The notes: a model not told the origin generated them from the letters alone. Shown: positions 9,213 to 20,055, counted from the stretch's first letter. The stretch is 64,000 bases of DNA from an uncultured bacterium (GCA_905339405.1 CAJPGC010000007.1:27739-91738); one strand, 5' to 3'. Made by a program: numbers and translations.

Positions 9213-9263
9213 CGCGGGTACCAGCCCGTTTTGAACGCGGGCTTTTAAATTTCCACGGAGGCG

Positions 9264-11210
9264 ATGATGACTAAGATAGGCAGGAAATTGCTCCTCGGTT
9301 TCATGGTGATTATCGCGCTGACGATAGGGTTCAGCGGGATAATTTACCTTTTGATGGGCAAGCTCTCGGGCAGTATCGCGGAGATGAACGAGTACGGCGA
9401 GCAGCAGGCCGCTGCCGGGGATTTGAGTTACAGCATCACCTGGCTGACCATGCCTGGCAACGATTACATCATAACCGGAGAAAAAAAATATCTGGACGAG
9501 TTTAACAGCCAGTCGCGCCAGGTCGACGGCGACTTCAGGAAAATGGAGGCCCTTGACCTCTCTGAAGAGGAAAAAGAGCTTGTAAGGGACCTGCACGCGT
9601 TCTCCGACGGCGTCAAGGCGTCCGGGCAGAAGATCTTCGAGATAGAGCGTCCGGTGGGCGACCCGGCCGCCGCCGAGCTCATGAAGGAGATGGACTACAA
9701 ATACGCGGCCCCGGCCGCTGAAAAGCTGATGGAACTTGTCGGCATGATAAAAGACAAGAGGGCCGTTGCCAGCAAGAACGCGGCAGACGCCAGGTTCATG
9801 ATGAATATGACCATCGTCGCCGGGGCGTTCCTCACCGCCTGCATTTCCATCATGATAGCCTTCCTCATAGCGCGTTCAATCTCCAGGCCCATAGGAGAGA
9901 TATCCGAGGCGGCCCGGAAGATATCAAGAGGCGAGCTGGACAGCGACGTCTCCGTGAAGTCGAACGACGAGATAGGTGTCCTTGCGGATTCTTTCAGGGG
10001 GATGATCCAGTACCTGAAGGGAATGGCGCATACCGCCGAGGCCATAGCTGAGGGCGACCTCACAAGGGAGGTGGAGCCGAAGTCTGAAAAAGACGTTCTA
10101 GGCAACGCCTTCAACAGGATGATAAAGGGGCTCGGCAGCATAGTAAGCCAGGTAAGGAACGGCTCCGAGCAGATAGCCTCCGCCTCTGCGGAGGTTGCGG
10201 CCTCGAGCGAGCAGACAAGCAAAAACGGCGAGACCGCCTCGACCGCAGTCGAGGAGATAACCTCGACGATGCACGAGATGAGCGCCAACATCCAGAACGT
10301 CGCCAGGAGCATACAGTCACAGTCGCAGTTCGTGGTTGAGACTTCGACTTCGATTGAGCAGCTGATAGCCTCGATAGAAAGGGTCGCGGTCAACGCCAAG
10401 AGGCTGGTCGAGCTGGCGATGGAGAGCAACGAGGCTGTGACCTCCGGCAGGATGGCCGTCGACGTCTCCTCCGACGGCGTGAGGAACATCATCCAGGTCA
10501 TAACCAAGTCGGCGGATACGATAAAGGCCCTGGGCGTCAGGACGGAGGACATAGGCAGGATAATCGACGTCATTGACGACATAGCCGAGCAGACCAACCT
10601 GTTGGCGCTGAACGCCGCGATAGAGGCCGCCAGGGCCGGTGAGCATGGCATGGGGTTCGCGGTCGTGGCAGACGAGGTCAGAAACCTGGCCGAGCGATCT
10701 GCCAAATCTACCGCCGAGATATCGGCCCTCATCTACGGGATACAGAAGGACGCCGCTGGCGCGGTGCAAAACGTCGAGAAAAACGTAGAGATAGTCGGCA
10801 ACGCGTTGAGGCTCTCGGACGACGTTGTTGAGTCGCTACGGAAGATAGATTCTTCCGTGAGCGAGGTGGCGAGATATTCGCAGGAGATAGGCGCTGCAAC
10901 CGCGGAGCAGGCATGCGGGTGCGGCGAGATAACGAAGGCCGTGAGCAAGCTCAACGACATAACCCAGGAGATAAGCTCCTCGGCGGACGAGCAGGCCTCC
11001 GGCACGGAGCAGGTCGTAAAAGGCGTGGAGAAGCTCCGCGAGATGATCCAGCAGAACACGGCCAGCGCGGTGCAGCTCGCCGCAGCGGCCGAGCAGATGA
11101 ACAGCCAGTCGGAATCCCTCAGCGTCACAGTGGGCAGGTTCGTCGTCGAGGAGCAGGAGGTCGCTCCCGTACTGAAGAACAAGAAGCTGAAACTGGTGGC
11201 GGCCATCTGA
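9264..11210 (+). CDS. Methyl-accepting chemotaxis protein (2 TM, periplasmic sensor, HAMP, MA domain)
   Basis: Two TM helices flank a ~160-aa sensor region. Highly conserved MCP signalling box [35 protein letters not shown]. Confidence 0.9.
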   Translation: MMTKIGRKLLLGFMVIIALTIGFSGIIYLLMGKLSGSIAEMNEYGEQQAAAGDLSYSITWLTMPGNDYIITGEKKYLDEFNSQSRQVDGDFRKMEALDLSEEEKELVRDLHAFSDGVKASGQKIFEIERPVGDPAAAELMKEMDYKYAAPAAEKLMELVGMIKDKRAVASKNAADARFMMNMTIVAGAFLTACISIMIAFLIARSISRPIGEISEAARKISRGELDSDVSVKSNDEIGVLADSFRGMIQYLKGMAHTAEAIAEGDLTREVEPKSEKDVLGNAFNRMIKGLGSIVSQVRNGSEQIASASAEVAASSEQTSKNGETASTAVEEITSTMHEMSANIQNVARSIQSQSQFVVETSTSIEQLIASIERVAVNAKRLVELAMESNEAVTSGRMAVDVSSDGVRNIIQVITKSADTIKALGVRTEDIGRIIDVIDDIAEQTNLLALNAAIEAARAGEHGMGFAVVADEVRNLAERSAKSTAEISALIYGIQKDAAGAVQNVEKNVEIVGNALRLSDDVVESLRKIDSSVSEVARYSQEIGAATAEQACGCGEITKAVSKLNDITQEISSSADEQASGTEQVVKGVEKLREMIQQNTASAVQLAAAAEQMNSQSESLSVTVGRFVVEEQEVAPVLKNKKLKLVAAI

Positions 11211-11232
11211 GCCCGTATAGGAACAGGGGATA

Positions 11233-12096
11233 GTGTTGATGCAAACGACGATATTCCAGACAGCTGACGCCAACGCCTGCATGAGCGACGACGAATTTCT
11301 GCTCCTCCGCAACCTCGTGTACCAGGAGAGCGGGTTGTGGCTCAAGGAGGAGAAAAAGAGCTTTATCGCCCACAGGGCATTGAAGCGGATGAAGGGCAGG
11401 AACATACCAAGTTATTTCAGGTACTACAAGCTTTTAACCGACAAGGACGGCGGAAAAGACGAGCTCCGCGGTTTCCTTGACGACCTGACAATAAACGAAA
11501 CGTCCTTTTTCCGGAACAAGCCCCAGATGGACCTTTTTGCCGAGGTCGTGCTCCCCAAGCTCCTTGCCAAGAAAAGGGAGCAGGGCTCATTTAGCTTGAG
11601 GCTCTGGAGCGCGGGCTGCTCGACCGGGCAGGAGCCGTACTCACTGGCGATAGCCATAAGGCACTCGCTACTGGACTTCAGGAACTGGAGGATAACCATC
11701 CTTGCCTCGGACCTGAGCCTCTCGGCCCTGGAGACGGCGCAGGCCGGGTTTTACGGCGCGGCGAAAATGGAGGGCGTGGAAAGGAAGTTCGTGGACGCGT
11801 ACTTCCGCAAGGCCGACGGCGGGTACGCTGTCTCAGAGGAGATAAGGAAGCTCGTGGTCTTCGATTACCACAACCTCATGAACGAGAACGGCGAAAAGGA
11901 CTTCGACGTGATTTTCTGCAGGAACGTGCTTATCTATTTTGACGAGCAGACGCAGAAAAAGGTAATCGAACGGTTTGAGAAGGCGCTCGCCCCCGGAGGC
12001 TATCTGTTCCTGGGCCACAGCGAGACGCTCCAGGGCATAAACGACCATTTCGTATTCATGCACCACAACAGGGGAACGGCGTACCTGAAAAAATGA
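11233..12096 (+). CDS. cheR: Chemotaxis protein methyltransferase CheR
   Basis: CheR motifs ETSFFRN and SAGCSTGQEPYSLA (SAM-binding). Confidence 0.9.
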   Translation: MLMQTTIFQTADANACMSDDEFLLLRNLVYQESGLWLKEEKKSFIAHRALKRMKGRNIPSYFRYYKLLTDKDGGKDELRGFLDDLTINETSFFRNKPQMDLFAEVVLPKLLAKKREQGSFSLRLWSAGCSTGQEPYSLAIAIRHSLLDFRNWRITILASDLSLSALETAQAGFYGAAKMEGVERKFVDAYFRKADGGYAVSEEIRKLVVFDYHNLMNENGEKDFDVIFCRNVLIYFDEQTQKKVIERFEKALAPGGYLFLGHSETLQGINDHFVFMHHNRGTAYLKK

Positions 12097-12123
12097 CGGC
12101 CGTCCGCCGGAGGCTCGGGCTCC

Positions 12124-14181
12124 ATGGACCATGAAAACGACACGATAATGCTGACTGAAGAGGAGCTCGACGCCCTCAAGGAGACCTTTTACGCCCAGGC
12201 CCTTGAGATGAGCGAGGAGCTTACCGCGGAGATACTCTCGCTTGAAGCCAACGATTGCGCGGGCGAGCCGGTCAAACGCATAAAAAGGTACTTCCATACC
12301 TTAAAAGGCGATTCATCCTCCATAGGGCTCAAGGCCATCTCCGAGCTCATACACAGCGCCGAGGACTTGATGGCCGCCCTGGAGGACAGGAGTATCGCGC
12401 TGGACGGGGCCGTCTTGGAGGTTCTGCTGAAGTCCGTGGACGAGATTGAAAAGGCGATAAGCGCCGACCGCTTAGGCTCCAAGCACGAAATTCCCACACG
12501 CCTGAAAGAGGATATGGAGCAGCTGCTGGGGAAGGCGCGCGGGACCCCACGGCTTGCGATGACGGAATATGAAGAGCTCGTCCTTTCGACCAGCCTGGCG
12601 GAGGGCATGAAAATATATAGGCTCACGCTGGAGTTCTCCGGCGACTGCGTGATGAAGTCCGCCAGCGCGCTCCTTCTATTGCAGTACCTGTCCAGCGAGA
12701 TGGAGGCGATAAGGGTCAGCCCTTCACCCGAGGACCCGGCAATAGAGTCGGCCCGGTTCTTCGAATGCATCGCCGCGAGCAAGAGGCCCGCCCATGAGCT
12801 CAAAAAGCTCTGCCTGATACCGGGGGTGACTTCAAAGGCCGCGTGCGAGGAGCTCGACGCAGCTTCAATCGTAGCTTCTCCTGAAAAAGCCGGGACTGAA
12901 ACGCCCGTCGACAGCGTTGACAGGGGTCTTGACAAGGCGGCTCCGGCGACCATCAGGGTGCTTTCCGAGCGAGTCGACCAGATGATGGACCTCGTCGGCG
13001 AGCTCGTGATGGGCCGCTCCATGATAGAGGAGCTCGTCGGCAGGTTCGAGGCGCGCTACCCCAAGGACGAACTCGTGCACGGGTTTGTAAAGGCCAGGTC
13101 GTTCATCTCCCGCAGCTTGAGCGACCTTCAGAGGTCGGTCATGTCTATAAGGATGATACCCGTTGAGAAGGTCTTCAGGCGTTTCCCCAGGATGGTCAGG
13201 GACCTCAGCAATTCGAGCGGCAAGGAGATAAGCCTTCTTCTTAAGGGCGAGCGCACCGAGATAGACAAGGCGCTCGTCGACGTCATAGGCGAGCCCCTGC
13301 TGCACATCATAAGGAACGCCGTGGACCACGGGATGGAGACTTCCGCGGATAGGAAAAAAGCAGGCAAGCCTGCCGAGGGCACAATAACCGTAGAGGCATG
13401 CCACAGGGACAGCGAGATAGTCATACGGGTAGCGGACGACGGCAGGGGCATGGACGCGGGCAGGCTTAAGGAGAAGGCCGTGTCGATGGGGTATGTAAGC
13501 CCTGAGCAGGCTGGCGCAATGGAGGACAGCGAAGCCTTGCGTCTCATATTCATACCTGGTTTTTCAACAGCCGAAAAGGTGAGCGGCATCTCGGGGCGCG
13601 GCATAGGCATGGACATCGTAAAGGAGACCGTCGAAGGGATGAGGGGTTCGGTTTCGGTCGTCTCCTCACCTGGCAAGGGGACAGAGTTCACGCTCAGGTT
13701 CCCGCTTACGCTTTCGATAATGAGGGCCGTTCTCGTAAGGGCGGGAGGTACCATGTACGCGCTCCCGCTCGGTTCGGTCGCCGATATAAAGAGGGTCCGT
13801 CCCCATGACATAGATTCTCTGACCGGAATGGACGTGCTGAATTTGAAAGGCGGCCCGCTTCCCCTTACCGGCATAGACGGCCACGGTGCGGAAAACAGAG
13901 CCGGCCTCAGGCGCTCCAAGGCGTTCGTCCTTACCCTGAAACACGGGGGCAGGAAGGTCGGGCTCGTCGTGGACTCCCTCGCGGGCGAAGAAGAGCTCGT
14001 CGTAAAGGCTGTGGACGACGCGATTGTCTCCACGCCCCTGGTGAGCGGAGCGTCCATCCTCGGAAACGGAAAAGTCGTTTTGATATTGAATATAGGCGAG
14101 CTCATCTCCAGGACCCTCACAAACCCCGAATCGCTCGGATACAGGCGTTTTGAGCGCAAACCCACAGGTACAAATGGCTGA
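12124..14181 (+). CDS. cheA: Chemotaxis histidine kinase CheA
   Basis: HPt (YFHTLKGDS), dimerisation, HATPase and C-terminal CheW-like domains. Confidence 0.9.
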   Translation: MDHENDTIMLTEEELDALKETFYAQALEMSEELTAEILSLEANDCAGEPVKRIKRYFHTLKGDSSSIGLKAISELIHSAEDLMAALEDRSIALDGAVLEVLLKSVDEIEKAISADRLGSKHEIPTRLKEDMEQLLGKARGTPRLAMTEYEELVLSTSLAEGMKIYRLTLEFSGDCVMKSASALLLLQYLSSEMEAIRVSPSPEDPAIESARFFECIAASKRPAHELKKLCLIPGVTSKAACEELDAASIVASPEKAGTETPVDSVDRGLDKAAPATIRVLSERVDQMMDLVGELVMGRSMIEELVGRFEARYPKDELVHGFVKARSFISRSLSDLQRSVMSIRMIPVEKVFRRFPRMVRDLSNSSGKEISLLLKGERTEIDKALVDVIGEPLLHIIRNAVDHGMETSADRKKAGKPAEGTITVEACHRDSEIVIRVADDGRGMDAGRLKEKAVSMGYVSPEQAGAMEDSEALRLIFIPGFSTAEKVSGISGRGIGMDIVKETVEGMRGSVSVVSSPGKGTEFTLRFPLTLSIMRAVLVRAGGTMYALPLGSVADIKRVRPHDIDSLTGMDVLNLKGGPLPLTGIDGHGAENRAGLRRSKAFVLTLKHGGRKVGLVVDSLAGEEELVVKAVDDAIVSTPLVSGASILGNGKVVLILNIGELISRTLTNPESLGYRRFERKPTGTNG

Positions 14182-15271
14182 CCAGCGGAAGACTAAGGTA
14201 ATGGTCGTCGATGATTCTGCCCTGATGAGGCGGATGATACCCCTTATCCTGGAGAAAAGCCCGGAAATCGAGGTCGTGGCCACTGCGGTGGACGGAAGGT
14301 TCGCCCTGAGCAAGGCTGAAAAAAACAGGCCGGACGTCATCACCCTCGACATGGATATGCCAGGCATGGACGGCCTTACAACCTTGAAGCACATAGTGCG
14401 CGATTTCGGCATCCCGGTAGTTGTCGTAAGCTCCATGACGACCAGGGGGGCCGAGCTCACCATGAAGGCCTTTGAGCTCGGCGCGATGGACGTCATCGCT
14501 AAACCTGCCGACGCCATCTCGGTGAACATAAAAGAGATTGCCGAGGAACTTATTGAAAAGGTGCTCGCCATCGGCAGAAGCTCGGTCTCGAAGCTCCACC
14601 TCGATGTCCCTGCGGAAAAACTCCCTGAGCCGAGGCCGGCTGTCTGCTCAAGGGCAAAAACGGCCGAGCAGGTGATCGCGATCGGGATATCTACCGGTGG
14701 GCCCAACGCGCTCTCCTATATGCTGCCGCTCCTTCCGGCGGACCTTCCTGCTGCCGTGCTCGTGGTCCAGCACATGCCTGCCGGTTTTACTGAGGTGTTC
14801 GCTTCCCGCCTTAACAAGGCCTGCGCCCTCGAGGTCAGGGAAGCGCGGGACGGCGACCTTGTCACGCCGGGGCGGGTGCTGATAGCGCCGGGCGACTACC
14901 ACATGAAGATAAAGAAAACCGCCCTCAGCACAATCGTGGTCCTGAGCTCGCGCCCGGCTGTGAACGGCCACAGGCCTTCGGCCGACGTCCTCTTTAACTC
15001 CGTTGCCGCCGAGTACGGCCCGAGCTCGGTGGGCGTCATTATGACGGGAATGGGAGAGGACGGAGCCGAGGGGATAGGCGAGATAAAGAAGGCCGGCGGG
15101 CGTACCCTTGCGCAGGATGAAAACACCTCGGTAGTTTTCGGGATGCCAAAGGCCGCCATAAGAAGAGGGTATGTCGACAGGGTCATCCCGCTCGAGCGGA
15201 TGGCGGAGGCGGTTGCCGGCGAGATAACTTGGAAAAGAGGAGGACGGCAAATTGCGGCCAATCACAAGTGA
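14150..15271 (+). CDS. cheB: Chemotaxis methylesterase/deamidase CheB (REC + CheB_methylest)
   Basis: N-terminal REC and C-terminal methylesterase domain (GISTGGP, VVQHMPAGFT). In-frame alternative ATG at 14174 overlaps the cheA stop by 8 nt. Confidence 0.9.
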   Translation: MSANPQVQMADQRKTKVMVVDDSALMRRMIPLILEKSPEIEVVATAVDGRFALSKAEKNRPDVITLDMDMPGMDGLTTLKHIVRDFGIPVVVVSSMTTRGAELTMKAFELGAMDVIAKPADAISVNIKEIAEELIEKVLAIGRSSVSKLHLDVPAEKLPEPRPAVCSRAKTAEQVIAIGISTGGPNALSYMLPLLPADLPAAVLVVQHMPAGFTEVFASRLNKACALEVREARDGDLVTPGRVLIAPGDYHMKIKKTALSTIVVLSSRPAVNGHRPSADVLFNSVAAEYGPSSVGVIMTGMGEDGAEGIGEIKKAGGRTLAQDENTSVVFGMPKAAIRRGYVDRVIPLERMAEAVAGEITWKRGGRQIAANHK

Positions 15272-15653
15272 AGTAGATAAAAGCGCGTACAGTTTCCTGA
15301 TAGTCGACGATTCTCTTTTCGCGAGGAAAAACATCGCCAAGGCGGTCGAAGCCATAGGCGGCAACGTGGTCGGGGAGGCCGTGAACGGAAGGGAAGCCGT
15401 AGAGAAGTACTTTGAGCTCAGGCCTGACCTCGTGCTCATGGACATCTCGATGCCGGAGATGGAAGGCATCGAGGCGCTCGGGCTCATCAGGGAGCGCGAC
15501 AGCTCGGCCAAGGTCGTCATTGTGAGCTCGCTGGGCCATCAGGAGATGGTCAAGAAGGGGATATCCCTCGGCGCGAAACACTTCATCTCAAAACCCGTGG
15601 TGCTCGAGAAGGCGGCGGACATCATCAAATTCGTGTTGGCGCAGAAAGGCTGA
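15252..15653 (+). CDS. cheY: CheY-like response regulator
   Basis: REC domain (FLIVDDS, VLMDISMPEMEG, SKP). Confidence 0.8.
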   Translation: MRPITSEVDKSAYSFLIVDDSLFARKNIAKAVEAIGGNVVGEAVNGREAVEKYFELRPDLVLMDISMPEMEGIEALGLIRERDSSAKVVIVSSLGHQEMVKKGISLGAKHFISKPVVLEKAADIIKFVLAQKG

Positions 15654-15656
15654 TTC

Positions 15657-16124
15657 ATGAGGATAGAGTTCATAAACCCTTTTGTCGAGGCCGCCTTGAG
15701 CGTCCTCGACGCCGTACTCCAGGAGCCCTCTTCGAAGGGCGAGATGACGCTGGAGAGGGGGCTGGCGCAGCGGGAAAGCTTTTCAGTCAGCTTCGGCCTC
15801 ACAGGCGGCATCGAAGGCATGGTACTGTTCGACGCCAACGAGCGGACAGCGATGGACATAGCCGGAGCCATGAACGGGCGCAGGTTTGAGGAGATGGAGC
15901 CGCTGGTGCTGGACAGCATGGCAGAGCTGATGAACATGATAATAGGCAGCAGCGTCAGCTTGCTCAACGAAAGCGGCTTCAGGTTCGAGCTGACGCCGCC
16001 GTCGATACTGTGGGGAAGGGACATGAAGCTTTTCCCTATCAATCTCGAGACGCTTAAAGTCCCTCTTCACTCGCCGAAGGGCGTTTTGACCATCAGCATT
16101 TCAATGAAGCCGAGGGTAGGTTGA
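15657..16124 (+). CDS. cheX: CheX-family chemotaxis phosphatase
   Basis: CheX-like composition (FINPF..., MNMIIGSS) directly after cheY. Confidence 0.7.
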   Translation: MRIEFINPFVEAALSVLDAVLQEPSSKGEMTLERGLAQRESFSVSFGLTGGIEGMVLFDANERTAMDIAGAMNGRRFEEMEPLVLDSMAELMNMIIGSSVSLLNESGFRFELTPPSILWGRDMKLFPINLETLKVPLHSPKGVLTISISMKPRVG

Positions 16125-16174
16125 ATGCCGATGACGGCCCGGATAAAAGACGGTAAACGCGAGGGGCGTACCCT

Positions 16175-17359
16175 ATGCAGCTGACCGGCAACCTTGAAGA
16201 CATAGGCCTGGGTGAGATTTTCCAGATACTCGGCTTCAGCGGCAGGTCCGGAGTCCTGCGCCTGCGCGACACGAAGACCGAGGGGCTGGTCGTCTTCAAG
16301 GAAGGGAAAATAATAAAGGCCTTTTCAAGCCAGCTGCGCTTCTCCGTCGGCGAGAAGCTCCTAGAAGGCGCGAAGATAAGCGCCGCGCAGCTGGAAGAAG
16401 GGCGCAAAAAACAGCGCGAGAGGGGCTTTGTCGAGCCGCTTGGAAGACTGTTGGCCAGGAGCTTCAACGTGCCAGCCGAATGCGTCGAGGCAGCCGCCAC
16501 GGAGCTCATACAGAGTGCCGTCCAGGGCTTTTTTTCATGGAGAGGCGGGTACTTCGAATTCGACCTGGGGGATTACGCCGAGACGCCCGACGTAATAAAA
16601 GACGACGCGCTCCAGCACACGCTGAAGACAGGGTTGAACCCGCAGTTCCTCGCAATGGAAGGGTTGAGGGTGGCGGACGAGGCCGACAGGGACGGCCAGG
16701 GCGCGTCTTCTGCCCCTCAAGCCGTAGAGCGGGCTCAGGAAGAAAACAACTCTTTTTGCTCGGTAAGCGAGATGCTGCATGAATTGGGAGCCGATGAGCA
16801 GTTCCTCGAGACGAAGGGTTTTCAGGCCGGTTCCACCAGCAGGGGGCTTGCGGTCCTCAAGGAGATGCTCGAAGAGCTGGCCAGGCCGCTGACGATGAAC
16901 GAGATACTGCTTCTGATATTGAGGTTCAGCAGCGAGTTCATAAACAGGTCCGTGGTCTTTGTGATGAAGGACGGCCATATAGCGGGGTTCGGGCAGTTCG
17001 GCATAGAGCTTGACGGCGAGCAGCCCGACAAAAGGATAAGGGGAATAAAGATACCAGACAGAGGGCGGTCAATACTCGCGGAAGCTGTCGAGAAGAGGAA
17101 AATAATAGTCAGGGAACTCGAAAAAACAGAGTGGGACGAGTACCTGATGGATCAGCTTGGCGGAAGCAGGCCCATTGAGGCCTTCGCCGCGCCGGTCATC
17201 CTTCAGAACAGGGTCGTGATGGTGCTGTACGGCGACAACGTGCCCGAGGCCAGAAAGCTCGACGGGCTTTCCGTACTGGAGACCTTTCTGGCGCAGACGA
17301 GCATAGCCATGGAGCGGATGATATTGATGAGCGGCTCCGCGAACGCAAGCTGGTTTTAA
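16175..17359 (+). CDS. DUF4388-domain protein with C-terminal GAF-like region
   Basis: N-terminal DUF4388 signature (GNLEDIGLGEIFQILGFSGRSGVLRL...GLVVFKEGKII), a domain frequently embedded in Frz/Che-like clusters. Confidence 0.65.
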   Translation: MQLTGNLEDIGLGEIFQILGFSGRSGVLRLRDTKTEGLVVFKEGKIIKAFSSQLRFSVGEKLLEGAKISAAQLEEGRKKQRERGFVEPLGRLLARSFNVPAECVEAAATELIQSAVQGFFSWRGGYFEFDLGDYAETPDVIKDDALQHTLKTGLNPQFLAMEGLRVADEADRDGQGASSAPQAVERAQEENNSFCSVSEMLHELGADEQFLETKGFQAGSTSRGLAVLKEMLEELARPLTMNEILLLILRFSSEFINRSVVFVMKDGHIAGFGQFGIELDGEQPDKRIRGIKIPDRGRSILAEAVEKRKIIVRELEKTEWDEYLMDQLGGSRPIEAFAAPVILQNRVVMVLYGDNVPEARKLDGLSVLETFLAQTSIAMERMILMSGSANASWF

Positions 17360-17372
17360 AAGGGGTCTTTAG

Positions 17373-18239
17373 ATGGTCATCTCGTGCCCGGCGTGCTCTA
17401 AAAAATTCAACTTCAACGGCGAGGCGAAAAACCACGCACGGTTCAGGTGCACGGCCTGCGGGGCTGTTTTCAGCATGGGCGGGGAGCCCTCTGCAAAAAC
17501 AGCTGCGGGACAGAAGGCTTTCAAGGTCTTGGCCGCAACCGAAAACAACTCGATAGAGCGTGCAGTGAAAGCCGCCCTTGCAGACGGCAGGATAGAGCTT
17601 TCATTGGCGGCAGACGGCAACCAGGTTTTTGAAAAGATTTCCATCGATAAACCGCACCTGCTTATACTGGACGCCGCCATACAGGGAATGTTCAGCTTTA
17701 CGCTTTGCGAGAAGATTAAGAGCGACCAGTCGCTTCAGGACATAAAGATAATCCTGACGTCCGCGGCGTTTAATAAAAGCCGGTATAAGCGCAGGCCCTC
17801 GGAGCTGTTCGGGGCCGATTGCTATATCGAAGCCCATCAGCTCGAGGACGCCCTGGCAGGAAAAGCTGGCGCACTGCTCGGGGTCGAGCTTCGCGGGAGC
17901 GTGGCGGATGGCGTCGGGCCTGCGGGCAACGCGAGGGAGAACTCAGGCCCTGAAAATGGACTCGAGGAGAAGGACGCGAAAAAAACAGATGAAGACGGCA
18001 AGGCAAAACGGCTGGCGCGGGTCATAGCCGCCGACATCTTGTTGTATCACAGGAAAAAGCTCAGCCAGAAAGTTGAAAAACAGGACGCATCTGTCCTGTT
18101 CAAAGAAGAGATAGACGAAGCCGTCAAGTACTTCAATAAGAGGCTCCCCGGAGCAGATATCGCGTACATCCACGCGGCGATAGAAGAGTGTCTCGATTCG
18201 ATGAACAAGACCATGGGCACGGAGGCTGCGAATTGCTGA
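17373..18239 (+). CDS. Zinc-ribbon (MJ0042-type CxxC...CxxC) protein with receiver-like domain
   Basis: N-terminal CPACSKKF...CTACGAVF zinc ribbon; central REC-like fold (HLLILDAAIQGM ... IILTSAA). Confidence 0.6.
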   Translation: MVISCPACSKKFNFNGEAKNHARFRCTACGAVFSMGGEPSAKTAAGQKAFKVLAATENNSIERAVKAALADGRIELSLAADGNQVFEKISIDKPHLLILDAAIQGMFSFTLCEKIKSDQSLQDIKIILTSAAFNKSRYKRRPSELFGADCYIEAHQLEDALAGKAGALLGVELRGSVADGVGPAGNARENSGPENGLEEKDAKKTDEDGKAKRLARVIAADILLYHRKKLSQKVEKQDASVLFKEEIDEAVKYFNKRLPGADIAYIHAAIEECLDSMNKTMGTEAANC

Positions 18240-18312
18240 GCTCGACGAGAGTGGCGTTGGCCCGCATTTTTGCAGCGCAAGGCGTTGATATTCGCACCGA
18301 AAGGAACTTGAT

Positions 18313-19182
18313 ATGAGCCTTCCGGAAAGAAGACCAGAGAGTCAGGAAAGCCCGGTAGAGCGGGAAAGCCGTCAGGGCGCACCGCGTTCCACAAAGGGCG
18401 TCGAGATGGTGACGATGCTCAAGAAGGGCCTCGAGTACACACAGGACCTCCTCAAGGAGAACGAATGGCTGAGGCAGACCGCCATCAAGCTTCAGGAGCA
18501 GAACCGGCTTCTTCAGGCAAGGGTCAAGGACCCTTGCCCCGGCGCTGACTCCGCCGAGTTGATGGAGAGGCTCAAGTCCTCGCAGCAGGAGAAGGCCGGG
18601 CTCGAGGAGCGGACAAAAGAGCTGGAGAGGGAAAACCAGGAGTTCGCCAACCGCTATGTCGAGATTGAAGAGCAGAACCAGATGCTCACCAACCTGTATA
18701 CGGCCAGTTTTCAGCTTCATTCATCCCTCGACTACAACGAAGTGCTCAGAGGAGTCACCGAGATAATCATAAACCTCATAGGCGCGGAGAGGTTCGCGGT
18801 CATGCTGCTCGACGAGAAATCCCTTGTCCTCACGGCGGTAGCGGCCGAGGGGATGGAGATGGAGGAAGTGCTTCCTGTCAAGGTGGGTGAAGGCGCCGTA
18901 GGCGCGGCGGTCTCTTCCGGAGAGGTCTTTTACGGCAGCGGTGAAGCCTCCGGCGGGAGCCCTCTGGTCTGCCTGCCGCTCAAAATAGGGGAGAAGGTCA
19001 TAGGCGTCATCGTCATCTACGACCTCCTCAGGCAGAAAGAAAAGTTCACGGAAATCGATTACGAGCTCTTCTCGATGCTTGGAGACCATACCGCTACCGC
19101 TCTGTTCAGCGCGAAGCTTTACACCGAGTCGGAGAGAAGGCTGTCGACCATACAGGGGTTCATAGACCTTATTACCAAGTAG
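18313..19182 (+). CDS. Coiled-coil / GAF-domain protein
   Basis: Long heptad-rich coiled coil followed by a GAF-like region (FAVMLLDEKSLVL...GVIVIYD). Possible alternative start at MVTMLKKG. Confidence 0.6.
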   Translation: MSLPERRPESQESPVERESRQGAPRSTKGVEMVTMLKKGLEYTQDLLKENEWLRQTAIKLQEQNRLLQARVKDPCPGADSAELMERLKSSQQEKAGLEERTKELERENQEFANRYVEIEEQNQMLTNLYTASFQLHSSLDYNEVLRGVTEIIINLIGAERFAVMLLDEKSLVLTAVAAEGMEMEEVLPVKVGEGAVGAAVSSGEVFYGSGEASGGSPLVCLPLKIGEKVIGVIVIYDLLRQKEKFTEIDYELFSMLGDHTATALFSAKLYTESERRLSTIQGFIDLITK

Positions 19183-19186
19183 GAGA

Positions 19187-19576
19187 ATGAAAATGAGTGA
19201 TTACCGCGTGCTTGTCGTTGAAGATTCTCCGACAATGTCGCAGCTTCTCAAGTTCACGCTCAGGAGGATAAAGGGGCTCGAGGTGGTGACGGCTAGCGAC
19301 GGGGTGGACGGGCTTAAAAAACTGGCCAATGCCAAATACGACCTAGTGCTCACGGACATAAACATGCCCCTCATGGACGGGCTCAAGCTCATAGGGCTTG
19401 TGAGGGGGGACGGCAACGGGACGAACAAGAGCGTTCCCATTGTGATAATTACGACCGAAGGGGAGGACGACGCCCGCAGGGAGGGGCTCGCGCTCGGCGC
19501 TACGTCATATATAACCAAGCCCATAAATTCGCGCGAGGTTATCGATACCGTGATGAAATGCCTCGGGGCCGCATAG
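19187..19576 (+). CDS. Single-domain response regulator
   Basis: REC motifs (VLVVEDSPT, LVLTDINMPLMDG, TKP). RBS ggagaatgaaaATG. Confidence 0.85.
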   Translation: MKMSDYRVLVVEDSPTMSQLLKFTLRRIKGLEVVTASDGVDGLKKLANAKYDLVLTDINMPLMDGLKLIGLVRGDGNGTNKSVPIVIITTEGEDDARREGLALGATSYITKPINSREVIDTVMKCLGAA

Positions 19577-20055
19577 GTTGACTGCCAGCAAGCCCCTTTT
19601 GCCTGAGGGGCCGCCCCCCTACATCAGTACAGGTCATCTGTTGAAAGCATTCTGGTAAAGTACCCCTACTGCCGCATACAGAGGTTTGGACGTGGACGAT
19701 GATATCTGTTCCTATCTCGTTATGGTAAGGGGCTTTTGGATCTGCAGCTTCAAGATCTCGGACGCGATGGAATGCCCGCTTCGCGAGCTTGGGAGGTGTC
19801 TTTACGCGCGCGGCCCCTTTAAGCCTGACCTGAATGATTGACCTTTCAGGGTTCTGCCAGAAACACTCAATTTTTCCAGATTTTTTAACCAAAAAAGCCG
19901 CCGGGCCCGCCTTGTTTTGTAACTAATATCATGGAGTTTTTTCCTCTGTTTCAGGTAAGCTGGACTGCGCTCGAAACAGGGCTGGAAAGAGCGTTTTTTC
20001 CGGGAGAAAAGCACTCGTACGGGACCGTCCAAACGGAGATGAAGGAGGGCTTTCG

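Noticed and set aside
9695-10732. 345-aa minus-strand ORF inside the MCP gene, and similar long antisense ORFs (13128..14165, 13666..14706 inside cheA; 33780..34763 in fabD; 35654..37081 in acpP/fabF; 38536..39588 in glyA; 41195..42121 in the aminotransferase; 43550..44896 in thrC/apgM; 51044..52288 in deaD; 3945..4838 inside the acyltransferase gene)
   Set aside because: Each lies opposite, or out of frame within, a gene with strong family-specific motifs. All lack RBSs and have low-complexity Arg/Pro/Ala-rich products typical of GC-rich shadow ORFs.
19577-20055. Possible structured element or terminator in the 480-nt gap after the last che-cluster receiver (GCCCC-N11-GGGGC hairpin; GC-rich palindrome near 19890)
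   Set aside because: The hairpins are not followed by T-runs and no consistent fold or ORF could be supported by eye. It is probably just the promoter and leader of the secreted-protein gene.
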